64,000 nt of DNA, taken from NCBI GenBank assembly GCA_024137785.1, contig JAHRHZ010000289.1:23625512-23689511 (forward strand), given 5' to 3'. Shown piece by piece: positions 1 to 11,548 of this stretch (the first letter of the stretch is position 1; the number at the start of each line of letters is the position of its first letter). The position numbers and the translations under genes were made by a program. The notes below the pieces were generated by a model, which saw nothing but the letters and a program-made list of their open reading frames with translations, was not told where the DNA came from and searched no databases. The stretch is from Ginglymostoma cirratum. Taxonomy: Eukaryota.

Positions 1-3000
1 GTGTCACAAATGGATTGGATACAGATTGATAGTGACCAGTGATGTCTTTACTGCATCTGTAATATTCAATGCTGTGGCCAAACCCATAACTCAGGTCAGA
101 AAGATAAGTGCCCAATCTCTCCCTAAGTTTTATAATTACCAAAAATGTCAGACTCCGTTGACTACTTGACACAATCAGGGCATTCAGGGTTTATCTTCCG
201 AAGACCTAGATGAAGAACCAGCCTTAAAGCTGAGCTCAGAATGAAGAGGTTTCTCTCAGCCATACAGAGAGTTAAGGACTGTGAGAAATGGAGCTGCACA
301 ATCTCTTCGACAGTGGTCTGACAATCCCTAAATATTACATCCCATCAAAACTGGCAGAATAAACTACACCCTTAAAGCTATTTACTAGCTACCCACTACC
401 CGTTAAACAATCCACTGTCTAAAAGAAACTAAAGTGACAGCTTGCAATTTAGTAAGAACATCATTGACATGTGGGGAGTATTCAATACTTTAGATCATCA
501 CAAACAGCCAATTGTTTTACTGAATATTAATGACTAAATATGGATTTCTTACATGACAGCTTTGATTCAGGGATGGCACACTTACATCTGAATCAGAAAA
601 ACATGAGTTCAACATTATTTCAATGTCCTTAGATAAAATGGTAATTTCAGTGAAGACTAATATGTTTATTCCACATTGGTCTTCTGGACCTGCCTCAGTC
701 TGTGGTTAAGTCGACATGGGCAACCAATCAACCTCAATTTTAAATCATTTTTGTCCACATAAGAGCTCAGGCACAACAATCAGGTGACGGGTATTAAATT
801 TGATGGTTTGTATTTACCATTAACCATCATAAGGTACTAAACCCAAATGTGGAAATATTCTCATTATTTTAACCAGAATGCATGTTAATTTAACTCTTTC
901 ATTTTACTGTGCTTTGTTACTACCAACCAGTTCAAATGAAGATTTGAAAATAACCCAACTAAAATAAATGAGATCAATTGTATGAACTGTTTGATTTGTA
1001 AAGTGGGTTTTAAGTGGTAAGACTGAACTGATTACACCTTCAAGTTCAATGATCTTCACTGATTCCTTCCACAAACAAATGTGCTCAGGACCCTCATTAT
1101 GATATTCGATAAATTTGAAGTCAACTTGCACCTTAAAATGGAACCTTCCTGTACATCTGCAAAAGTCTATGCATTATGGTGCTTTTACTAGCGGATGTAC
1201 CACTCAAAATGAAACCTCCAGTCAAAAACCCGGGGAAAGTTTCCATTCAACCTGGTGGTTTGGTGAAAAAAAAACCTGTGCGATTACCAGACTGGAAATG
1301 CCTTATTACAAAATTAACTCAAAAGGCAAATTAACATATCCTTTCTGAAACTGCTTTTGATCTTCTCCGGGCTGTCTACGGTCCAGCAACTTTTACATTT
1401 CACTGCTGCAATTGAATTGCACTATAATGCTTTTTGTTGGTAGAATGGCGTGATTCCTCTGTAATAGCTTTTGCATAGATATAAATATACTTCCATTTTC
1501 GAGGAAATTCCATTAATTTCAAGATCCCTTATAGTTCAGTCCCTATATAGTTTCAGTTTTGAAAAACGATTTATCATTTTTACGCAAGAAGTAAGCTCTG
1601 ATGCAAACCTTATGGGATAGTGCAGTGGATTTGTAGTTATGCAGAGCACATTCTCATGAGTCACTTCACAGCGTGATGTTTGTCCATAAAGTGCATACTT
1701 GGGTACTGCGTAATTCATCTCTCCACCATAAAAAAGAATCGAAAAAGTCTGTCACAAATTTCAGGACCTAACGTGGTCCCAAAATGCTTTACAGTCAATT
1801 GAATACTTTTAAGAGACAGTCGCTGCTGTAATGCAGAGGACCAATAAGCTCATAGCAAAGTGACTTTTCGGGGCAGGCAGCTAGTTGAAGGATGTAAATG
1901 TAGCCCAGAATTAAAATAAATCAAAACCATGACATTGACAGCCTGTTATCTGCTACCTTGCTCCTGGTTAAAATCTTCCCTTTGGGATTGGTGGTGCAAC
2001 AACGTTAGCACATTGTTGTCACATCTCAGGGACTTGAACTTGAAACCACCTTACAAACATGGGCTAAAAGTCATCCGTCTGCTGTCTGCCGAGTTGAATT
2101 TAACACTAATCACCAATATTACTCAGTAGAAGAGAGACAAAGGTTGTATTTGCATAATGCGTTTCATGACTTCAGGATGCCCCCAAGTATTTGCAACCAA
2201 TGAAATTGTATTTTGTTGTGAAAGTGGCAAAATATGGACTTTCAATTTTCAACTTCCATCCTCTGATTTTAATAGCTGAGATCTGCCTGGCCTAAGATGG
2301 CTTTGAAAGGTAATAAAAATACCCAAACTGGCAACAGTGATCACCTGAACACAGATTCAGGAAAGTTCAAGAAAGCAATGTGGAATAAACAAATTTTCTC
2401 TGAACTGAAATTACCACTTTAGCTAAAGACATTGAAACCAGTCACCCAAGTCTGGCATCAAGAAATCTGCACCTCATATTTTGAGAAGTTGTCGATATTA
2501 GGTATATCCAGATTGGATAGAGCTAGATTCAGGAATACACAAATAAATTGCATTTCAGTAGTTGCTTCCAGAGCTGCAGAGAGAAAGAAAATGGAACGAT
2601 GACCACAAGGACAGGCAGACTCTTTCCATTTCCTTCTCAATATCTCAAAAGCTTGTACCAGTGTTTGAACAAATCAGAGAGACATACATTCACAAATTTT
2701 GCTTCTTTAAGCATACAAGCCAAAAATTAAACAACCCTGTTCTCAGGTTCAACTATAACAATTTAATGATTTTAAGAACTTGTTGAGCTGCCTCATCATT
2801 ATCTTCTTATTTTATGAGAAACTCTCTGCTTTTTAACCTTTGCACCTGTGTTTGCGTGTGTTGTTACAAGTGGTAATTTATCATTTTTCTCAGGGCTGAT
2901 AAGCAACAAAATTACTTTCTTTCTCTCAAAAACACCTTGTAATTGGCTCCTTAATGTTGGTTAGTAGTACATTTGAATTGAAATGTGATGCAGCTGCATG

Positions 3001-3134
3001 CTAAATAAGAATGAAAACTTTTTGGTGGCCACCAACTAAGGAGCTTAAAAAAGGAGCGAGTCAATTCATTTCTCCTCACCTGATCATACACACCGTTAAG
3101 ATATTTATAATGTAGGGAAATGGCAGTCAATCTA

Positions 3135-3300
3135 TCCACCGCAAAACTCCCATAGACAGCAACGAGGTAAGTGAGTAGATAATTTGCCTTAGTGGCATTG
3201 GTTGAAGGATAAAATATTGACCAGGACGGTGGGAAAATTTCCCTGATCTTCAAAAAAAGTGGTATGAGATCATTTACATTCAGCAATGCAACACTTCTGC
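3135..3300 (-). mobile_element. Deu-domain SINE (SacSINE1/AmnSINE-like) fragment
   Basis: Reverse complement of the Deu central domain: 'ttggttgaaggataaaatattgaccaggac...aaaattttccctgatcttc'. Smaller minus-strand tails at about 1750-1835 and 2140-2235. Recognised from recalled consensus. Confidence 0.55.
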
Positions 3301-4019
3301 AGGTCTGCACTTAGTTTCAGATTTGGTTTATATGCTGAGGACTTAGTTTCAATGGTGAGAGTGATACCCAGAGAACAACAGCTGACACACACAGTTTTGT
3401 AGGAAATCAAAATGTCACAACAATGCACTGAGGGATGCTGTTCTCAGATTAGACCTAAAGTCCACTGCTGCTACAGCAGCTGCTCTTTGCTGCAGGCTCT
3501 CCTAAATAGCTAATAATGCTCATGCTGAAACTAAATGCCTAAAAAAACCCAGCTCATTCCACAGTACCAATGGATATTGCTTTAATGTGCTTGACCATTC
3601 ACAAATTTCTGAGGCTGTTTTGGCAAATATGAAAGAATTATCACAGCAGATATTGTGAGAATGAATAGCATTACATTCAAATTATAAAGGATATCTCTTC
3701 AAAGGGTTAGCTTTTAGGAAGGAGCAGATATTCAAGATTAAAGCTTTTCAGCAGATCACAGCCTTGTAGTTCTCACCAGGTGTCTGTTCTTCTACATTTA
3801 ATCTGTACATCTGATTAACTCTTGTTCGAGACAGGAAAGATTTTTAATTTTGTCGATGCATATTCAGCAACTTCACGGCCTGTGTAATCAATTTTCACAT
3901 TGAAAAGGTGAAGGAAATAGTAACTTTCGCCAATGATTCCACAGAATGGAAGGATCAACTATTCCATTGGCCTGAAGTCCAGCAGCTCCTACTCGTAAAG
4001 TAGGAAGTGATAAAAGTGG

Positions 4020-4160
4020 AAGTCAGAGTAGTCCACTCTCCCATTACAGAGATAACCGATGGTGAGTTTAACGTGAAGGTCACCATACCAGTACAGAACC
4101 CTGCACTGTTGAAATCATTCTGCATTGCAATCTAGCTACCCAGCCAACTGAGCTAATTGA
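4020..4160 (-). mobile_element. tRNA-derived shark SINE (family B), degraded
   Basis: Ends in 'tctagctacccagccaactgagctaa'; homologous to copies at 4440-4650, 28905-29120 and 53230-53395 in this window. Confidence 0.55.
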
Positions 4161-4439
4161 ACAGCAATATGGTGGTTGGAGTGGGGGGTGGGGACTGGTC
4201 AGGGAATGGGAGGCTAGCCAAAGAACACCAGAGTGAATGAACCTGAAAAAATAGAAGCAAAAGTGTGTCCTGTAACTGGTACGGAAGCACTATTTGTGAC
4301 GCAGAGATAAAGGGGTTGTAAACTCTCAACTCAACTAAAGGTCAAATGGATGACAAGGTTGCAAACAGTCTGTCCACCTGAGACAATGAGGGTGATTAAA
4401 TGTATTACAAGATGCTGAGTTTTTGCCAGGGACTAAAGA

Positions 4440-4650
4440 AGAAGTCACCATACCAGGCCGTAGGGTTGCTCTCTTGTTATTGAGAATGGAATGGTGGTGG
4501 TTTAACCTAAGGTTCACAATGCCTTAGGAAAGGAGAGACATTGTGAAGGAGATTCCTTCATGGTAACCTCAGCCGGAGTGGGATTGACTCCACTCTGTTG
4601 GCATCTCTTTGTGTTGTAAACCAGTCATTTCGCAATGGAGCTAGCCAGTC
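4440..4650 (-). mobile_element. tRNA-derived shark SINE (family B)
   Basis: 'gaaggagattccttcatggtaacctcagccggagtgggattgactc' is nearly identical to 'gaaggagaatccttcatggtaacctcagccggtgtaggaattgaactg' at about 29010. Confidence 0.7.
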
Positions 4651-4689
4651 CTTGTGCCAGCGGCTGAAGATAATGGTTTTAGGTTTTTT

Positions 4690-5080
4690 TTGCCAATGAT
4701 TAATTGTAAAGAAATTGTACATTATCTAGGATTGGAAACTGGACAAGCAAATAGACACCAGAAAGGCAGTGGCGGGTTGGAACAAGTAGCGGATCAGTAG
4801 AACTTGACATTCTCAGCATACAATAGGCAAGTGGAAGCTGACCCTGTATTCACAAGTCATGATAAAAATGGAGAGACCAAGGACAGACTATTAAGAGATT
4901 CCAGGGTGGGGAAAGAAGCCTCTGCTGTCATTGAATAAGCAAGAATGAAACCAAGCAAGAATAGTCCCACAGAACCAGATAATGAACACCTTACATTAAA
5001 GGAGATGTTACATGATCAAAGGCTGCAGATAGGTTCAGGATCAAGAGTAGTGATAATACACCAGCGTGGTGCTAATGACA
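4690..5080 (-). mobile_element. Ancient L2-like LINE fragment
   Basis: Degraded reverse-complement RT segment ('gacattctcagcatacaat...gtggaagctgacc' resembles the YADD region). Confidence 0.35.
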
Positions 5081-5419
5081 ACAACCCATCTTTAGCAGTG
5101 GCTGAATGTGTGTACCTACGCTCAGGGACACATGTAGACTGCCTCATTTAAGTTTCAGTTTAGGGAGTGAGGTATTGTTCCTTGTCTTTTCCATTTTCTT
5201 ATCGTACAGCTAGAGATCTGGTTGGGATACACCAGTAGCCTTTTACTTCCTTACGTGCTTTCCACCCAAATGACACTATTCAATGCCTAGTTAAGAAAGG
5301 AGACAGGACCCACTTTCTATTGCAGTCCACCTTGGTTGGGCTGTGGGTAGAACAATGGACATTGGAACCCAAAGGCTTCAGTGACAAATCTAACCAATTA
5401 CGTGGTTGGCCATCAAGCA

Positions 5420-6170
5420 TTTTTTAAAAATTTATTCATATGGACATCACTGACATAGCCAGCAATTATTAATTCTTACCTATTATCCCATTCTTAATTT
5501 CCCCTGAGAAAGTGTTAGTCATCCAGCTCTTAAAGCACTGCAGTATATCTGCATAGATATACCCATTGCGCTGTTATTTCCGCGGGTTTAATTCCAGGGT
5601 TTCGACCCAGTAATGATGAAAGAGTACTGACATATTTCCATGTCAGGATAATGTTAAACTTGGAGGGGAGGGGAACTCGCCCATTGTGCTGTTAATGTGC
5701 ATCTACCGCCCTTGTTCTTTTGAGCAGTAGAGATCACAAGTTTGGAAAATGCTGCTGAAGAGTCTCAAAGAGTCCTTGAAGTGCATCTTGGACATTGTAC
5801 ACTCTGCTGCCACTGTGTGCTACTGGTGGAGTAAGTGAATGTTGAAGTTGTTGGATGGGCTGCCAAACAAGTGGGTTGCCTTGTCCTGGGTGGTGTTGAC
5901 TTTCTTAAGCGTTGTTAGAGCTGTACTCATTCAGAAATAGAATGTGTTCCATCATATTCCTGACCTGTGTCTTATGAATGGTGGACAAACACAGGGAGTC
6001 AGGAAGTGAGTCACTCAGAGCAGAACTCCCAGCCTCAGATTCACTCTGTAGATGCAGCATACTTTTTGGTTGTTCCGGTAAGTTTCTGATCAATGATGTC
6101 CCTCAGTATGTTGATGGCAGGGGTTTCAATGATGATAATGCTACGGAATGTCTAAGAGAGATGGCTCTTT
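5420..6170 (-). mobile_element. Non-LTR retrotransposon 3' part (CR1/L2-related), decayed
   Basis: ORF 5905-6093 gives 'LCLSTIHKTQVRNMMEH', matching the RT C-terminal 'SLSTIYKAQVRSVMEY'. Collinear with the better-preserved copy at 63300-64000. Confidence 0.8.
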
Positions 6171-6429
6171 GTTAGCTGCTAGTGATGAGTGCAGCCATAT
6201 AGTTCCCCATGTGGGCAGGGAATCTGACCAACTCCATTGGAGCCACTGACAAGTTGGGGAAAGGCAGGTGGTGGAAGGGGGAATAGAAATTTGGGCTCAA
6301 ATCCCAAGCCAATAAATTAAACACAAAAGCAAGGCTGAACATTCCTACTGGTGGTTTGCAGATGGAAATGTTAAACTGCAGTCATACTTATCCTTTCAGT
6401 AAGATGGTATGGATTTGAAGAAGATTAGA

Positions 6430-6650
6430 GGAATTCTCCCCAGTATCCTGTATAATACTTAACCTCCAACCAATATAATTTAAACTGATTATCTGGTCAA
6501 GATTACATGATTGTTTGTGGGAGCTTACTTTGAGCAAAATAAAATGTGTTTGGTTGCCACAACCGTACGCTATAACAATGAGTTAACTTAAAAGGTAATT
6601 TGCTGACTGTGAAGCGCTTTGGGACCCTCAGGTTGTAAAAAAGAGTGCTT
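6430..6650 (+). mobile_element. Deu-domain SINE 3' half
   Basis: 'gaattctccccagtatcctg...ccaaccaat...gattatctggtca...gtttgtgggagctt...ctgtgaagcgctttgggac' is the Deu domain plus L2-like tail. Confidence 0.7.
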
Positions 6651-7517
6651 TAGGATTTCTTTCTGGTCCCACAAAATAAACAAGCTTTCAGATCATTCCC
6701 TCGGCAACTTGCAGCAGTCTCTTTAAGGTCCTTTGAACACTTTGAAGCAATGGAGAGAGCATGAGTTGCACATGCTCTATTCACCTCTCGGTACTTTAAA
6801 GGTGCAGTCATTTCTCAACTTGTTGTAAGGAAATAAACACTTCAGCGGAATACTTAAAGACTGTAAGGCATCAAGTCAGGTGTGCTTGAGCTGTACATGC
6901 CAGACATTTGTACAATTTTCACCATGAGAAATGTCCTCCATGAATAAGATAAGGAGGGATGTTGACTGTTAAAATTTGTCCCACACAACTGATTTTAAAT
7001 GATAGTGCAATTCCTGGAACTTAACTATTGAGCAACTGTTGGCAAAGGGGAGGATGATTCTGCTCCTTGCACTCGATAATCGCTGTAAAGGTGTTAACAT
7101 TTTAAAGAAATGTCTCCTTAGAGAGATCTGCTGTCACAGGTACGAACAACTTAACAATTGGCAAAACACAACCAGAAGCTACTGCGTCGTCTATCACAAG
7201 CTTATAACACTAATTGCTACCTAGAATTAGGAGAAAAAGGATTGTCTATGGTAAATCTGCCACTTATTAGAACAATCTTCATGTTTTTCATTCGATTTTC
7301 GCTTGGCTGCCCCTGTACCATTAATTCTGGCAGCCTTCATTCTTCCCAGTGAGTTAGCAGTGTCCCTTCTACTGAACAAACCTTCAATTAGTAAGATAAC
7401 GTGCTGCTGCATGCTACCCAAGTCTATAATTTAACTCAATGACAACTTTTGTTTTTGCCACTGTACCTTTATGTCACCAGGCTCAGGACACCTGAGACAC
7501 TGTAGAAAATATGCTCG

Positions 7518-7548
7518 GCGCCACCTTCTGGTTTTATGTATCACTACA
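7518..7548 (-). promoter_or_regulatory. Candidate CTCF site with upstream motif
   Basis: Minus strand TGTAG-N12-CCAGAAGGTGGCGC. The core matches CCASYAGRKGGCRS at 13/14 positions, a TGCAG-like upstream element lies at plausible spacing, and CpGs are retained locally. Confidence 0.45.
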
Positions 7549-8429
7549 TTAGAGCTTGCAGAAGGCTAAAGTGAAAATATTGACCTTTGTGTATCTCAAA
7601 GTTATTTAATGTACAGACAAAATCACATTCAGCTTTGTCTATGCACTTTATTATAACTTAGTGCATATTTACTAAACTGTCCTTTCTGTTCACTTTAATC
7701 ACTGGAAATCTTTTTTCTTGCTCATGTATTTTATATACTCATTCTCGTTTTCATTGAATGTGGTGGTTACACTTTTCTATAAGAGCAAAGAGATATAGCT
7801 CAACAAGGTAAAGTATTGTAGAAATTAAACTGATCTTCAACTTGGTAAATGAACAGGAACTTCATACAACTGGCCAGGGTGTTCTAACTAGAGTTGCAAA
7901 CTTTCCTGGATTGCTTTGGAGCCTTCAGACATAAAAGAATCAAATCCAGGCCACTACTGTGAGCAAGCAGAGAATGGAATCGTGGGAGTATTAGTAAAAC
8001 TGCATCTTATTCTTTTTCATGAACTAATTACAAAAGCATTGTCAAGGATGTAAATATCTGCTAATTGTACACATTGCTTGGAGGGGTACATCATTTAATT
8101 CAAACGCCAGGAAAACATTGCACTTAAAGTTGGCAATTAGTAGAAATTTGGTTGTACATTTTTGGCATATGTATATATTCCTCCCTTGATGTCTACTTTA
8201 TGTCAATATTTCAGAGTTAGTTCATTACCATGGGTGGGACAAGTGCCAGCCAGACACGATTGCTACCTCTGATTTGACACTCACTCATTAGGTGGCTGAT
8301 GTCTGTGTTTTATTTCAGGCTGTGGAAAGTTAAAGTGTGATTTCTTTCATGAGCAAAAAAAATTGCCAATGTTGGAAATCTGAATTGTAACTGACGATTC
8401 TGGACAGAGACAGTAGGCCATTTGCCACT

Positions 8430-8612
8430 TAATAAAAACCAAAAGAACTGCAGATGCTGTAAATCAGGAACAAAAGCAGAAGTTGCTGGAAAAGCTCAGC
8501 TGTTTTGGCAGCATCTGTGAAGAAAAGGTCAGAGTTAATGTTCCGAGGAAGGGTCACTGGACCCAAAACATTAACTCTGATCTTTCTTTCGCAAATGCTG
8601 CCAGACCTGCTG
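8430..8612. mobile_element. Penelope-like terminal fragments (family 2), head-to-head inverted pair
   Basis: 'ggcagcatctgtgaagaaaaggtcagagttaatgtt' is inverted against 'aacattaactctgatctttctttcgcaaatgctgcc'. The centre holds a decayed hammerhead core, ccgaggaagggtcactggacccaaaacatt. Confidence 0.75.
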
Positions 8613-9064
8613 ACGATTTGCCACTTGTTGGGCAGATCATGGTAAGGCTACATCTACAGTTACCAAGCTGCTGCTATCCTCCTGTACTTGGACCATCTCG
8701 GTCATACATTCACTGACTCACTTTGCTCCCTAAGTCTAAGGAGCCTTGGATAGATATGGCCTTCAGCTATGTCACTGGCTTCAACTATAACCAAGAAAAT
8801 CAAGAAGCAGCGGGAGATTGGGTAGTGCAGCACAACAGACAAAAATTACTGGGGAGGGGAAGCACTTCCCAATGGGCACTAGAATCAACGATTTCACACA
8901 TTGGAAAATCACAAAATGGCAGCATTTCAGCTGCTGCATGTGCGGTTTCATTTCACATACCTCTGGACAAGATATGTGCAGTTGAGAAATGGTACGACAC
9001 GCTGATTATTAGACTTACTGTTTCAAACGGGGAGCATTATGATATATTTTTGGCAAATGAAAAA

Positions 9065-9240
9065 GATGGATATAAGACTGCTGATGCAAAGATAAACAGA
9101 AAATGCATCAAACACTCATCAGGTCAGGCAACATCTGTAGTAAAAGAAAAAGGGTTATTTCAAGTTGATGACCTTCCATTAGGTTTGTTTAGTGTTCATT
9201 TTCTGTTTTATTGCAAATTTCCCGCAATATTTTGCTTTCA
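9065..9240. mobile_element. Degenerate Penelope-like inverted terminal pair
   Basis: 'ctgctgatgcaaagataaacagaaaatg...aacactcatcaggtcaggcaacatctg' is inverted against 'cattttctgttttattgcaaatttcccgcaatat'. A similar decayed pair lies at about 19405-19560. Confidence 0.5.
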
Positions 9241-10900
9241 TTGATGCATTGGATAATTTAAAGGAAGTGGTCATCTGGGCATATTTGCCAAATGACTTTT
9301 GGAGTTGATAAGTAAGCTTGCTTGACGAGATCTCCTTGGTCACTCAGGCTCATCAGTAATATCCCCTTGACTGATATTCTGTGGGCTCTTGCTTAAATAG
9401 ATTCCACATAGAACAGTGAATGTACAAAGAATATCAGACACTTCAGCAAATTTCACAATTCCGTTCAGCTCTACCTCAGACTGATCTGTTAGAAAAGCTT
9501 CCTCACCACAACGTCATGTGCTTTCTGCCAACATTCACAGAGATATGGACCCACTTCAAATTCTGTTCGGCAGGTGTCTGAAGCTGCATCAGAAGGGCCA
9601 TGAACCAGAACTGCAAGTGTAGTTCTGATCTTTCACAATTCAGATTAGTATTTTTTTTTGACAAGTTGCATTGCAATGACTGCATTAATAGTACTATCAG
9701 GAAAGCTGGAATTCATCTGCATTAAATTGTGCAGATGGTCATTAAAGGGATGCACATTGATTAAGTGATACTTTCTCATTCATGTTTAGTTCACTATTAC
9801 ATATGCTTGGCACTATCTTGCATCTTGGGAAATTCTATCAAATGGAAGATCTTAGAATTGGGGCAAGTTATATTACTGCAACCTGTCACAAAAACTGCAA
9901 CAGATACTCGCAGAATGCACAATGCAAGCTGGCTATGCTACTGGTTTCCCTACTACCAACTGAGAAGGAACACGAGGCAAAGGAAATGAAGAGTGTGGCT
10001 CAAAGACACCTTGAGGCATAGGGTATAGTCTCAACCTCTGGATGTAATGACTTATCAGTTAAGTTCCAAGAATTGTACATGCTTGATTGATGCAATTGCC
10101 GGGCAATGGTGCAATGGAACACTCTATTGCTAATGTAGTCATTGTGTAACATAAACAGAAAACATCTGCCAAGACAAGCCCATTTCAATTTAAGATCTCC
10201 CCAAAATGGTCTTACGCTCCTGGGTGCAACTGTCCACTGGAATTGCACAAATTACAAACCATTTCTATTTGAAGAGTGATTGGAATATCTGTTGGATACA
10301 GCTGGCTGTTCTTTTACCAACCGTGCAGGAAAAGTGCAGCACAAGAACTGTGAACAGTCGTTTGTATGTGCAGATGTAGGAAGTGGCATACACCCAGCAT
10401 TGCGGCTGGAAAAAGGTGGAGGAGGTGTTATTACATCACTCTCGCGTCATTATTATAATAAAGTTCTCTTCTGTCTCAGGTGGAAGCTCCCTGATATCAA
10501 TGCTAGGCCTGGCAGAAACTCACTATGTCCAATAAAGAGCCAAACACCAGTTTGTGGATCTCTGGGTCTACTGTTGTATTGTAACGCTCTACTGATTGGC
10601 TGTTTCATAGCTCATTCATCATCCCTATAGTGTTACTATGTAAAAAGTACAAGAAGGTGGGAGAATATTTTTTACAATTGAAAAGTCTTGGTGTCAGCAA
10701 AAGTGACACAATACAGCACAGAGATTGAAAAGATAAATCGAGGTGAGATGGCAACAAAAGGAGCTGATTCTTCTCATTCTATCCTTCCAGATGTGAGCTG
10801 ACCATTTTTTGGTTTCAAGCAGACCCAGCCTTTCCCTCTCAACAAACAGTTGAATCAAGCATCACTTCAATTTCCCTTCGAATATTTAAACTGTCCGTAT

Positions 10901-11226
10901 TAGATCGATAGAATCCCTACAATGTGGGAACAGGCCCTTTCGCCCAACAAGTCCACACTGACCCTCACAGCATCCCACCCAGACTCATCCCCCTATAACC
11001 CACCTAATCTACACATCCCTGAACACTACGGGCAATTTAGCATGGCCAATCCACCTAGCCTGCACATCTTTGGACTGTGGGAGGAAACCAGAGCACCCAG
11101 AGGAAACCCACGCAGACACAGGGAGAATGTGCAAACCCCACACAGAGAGTCACCCAAGGGTCGAATTGAACCCAGGTTCCTGGTGCTGTGAGGCAGCAGT
11201 GCTAACCACTGTACCATCGTGCCGCC
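10901..11226 (-). mobile_element. HE1-type V-SINE, full length
   Basis: tRNA-like head (rc of ggcggcacgatggtacagtggttagcactgctgcctcacagc...ggttcaattc), V-domain 'gtgtggggtttgcacattctccctgtgtctgcgtgggtttcctc' and HER1-type tail; homologous to 50834-51143. Confidence 0.93.
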
Positions 11227-11419
11227 ACTGGTAAACCACTGGTTTACCTATTCAGTATTACTGCTCTACAGGTAGGATATTTCAGTAGCCAATGTTTCTA
11301 AATCGCTGACATTTATGATGAAGACACAGGCAAGGTGATGGTGATTTTAACTTTTCCTACAAAATTTATTAGTAGCGCCTGCTTGATTTGGTTGGAATTG
11401 CCTCCTGATCACAAGTAGC

Positions 11420-11548
11420 CAGACTGACAGGCTGATATTTCTGAAGAAGGGTCCAGACCCGAAACGTCAGCCTTCCTGCTCCTCTGATGCTGCTTGGCCT
11501 GCTGTGTTTATCCAGCTCTACACCTTGTTATTTCAGACTGACAGGCTG
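11420..11548 (+). mobile_element. Penelope-like terminal insert (family 1) with 15-bp TSD
   Basis: TSD cagactgacaggctg at 11420-11434 and 11534-11548; body 'ctgaagaagggtccagacccgaaacgtcagccttcctgctcctctgatgctgcttggcc'. Confidence 0.85.
11441..11468 (+). ncRNA. Minimal hammerhead ribozyme core
   Basis: CUGAAGA-A-GGGU(CCAG)ACCC-GAAA-C-GUC. Core boxes are intact and stem III is the palindrome ACGU; stem I is very weak. Confidence 0.6.

Noticed and set aside
8723-9244. Longest clean ORF (173 aa)
   Set aside because: TTG start, no recognisable domain, and the last third runs through a Penelope-like repeat; consistent with chance.
9478-9615. Exon-like segment readable on either strand
   Set aside because: Plausible splice pairs exist on both strands with no recognisable peptide, so it cannot be told from chance.
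10901-11226. tRNA gene
   Set aside because: The A/B boxes belong to the SINE head, as at 50834; no complete cloverleaf.
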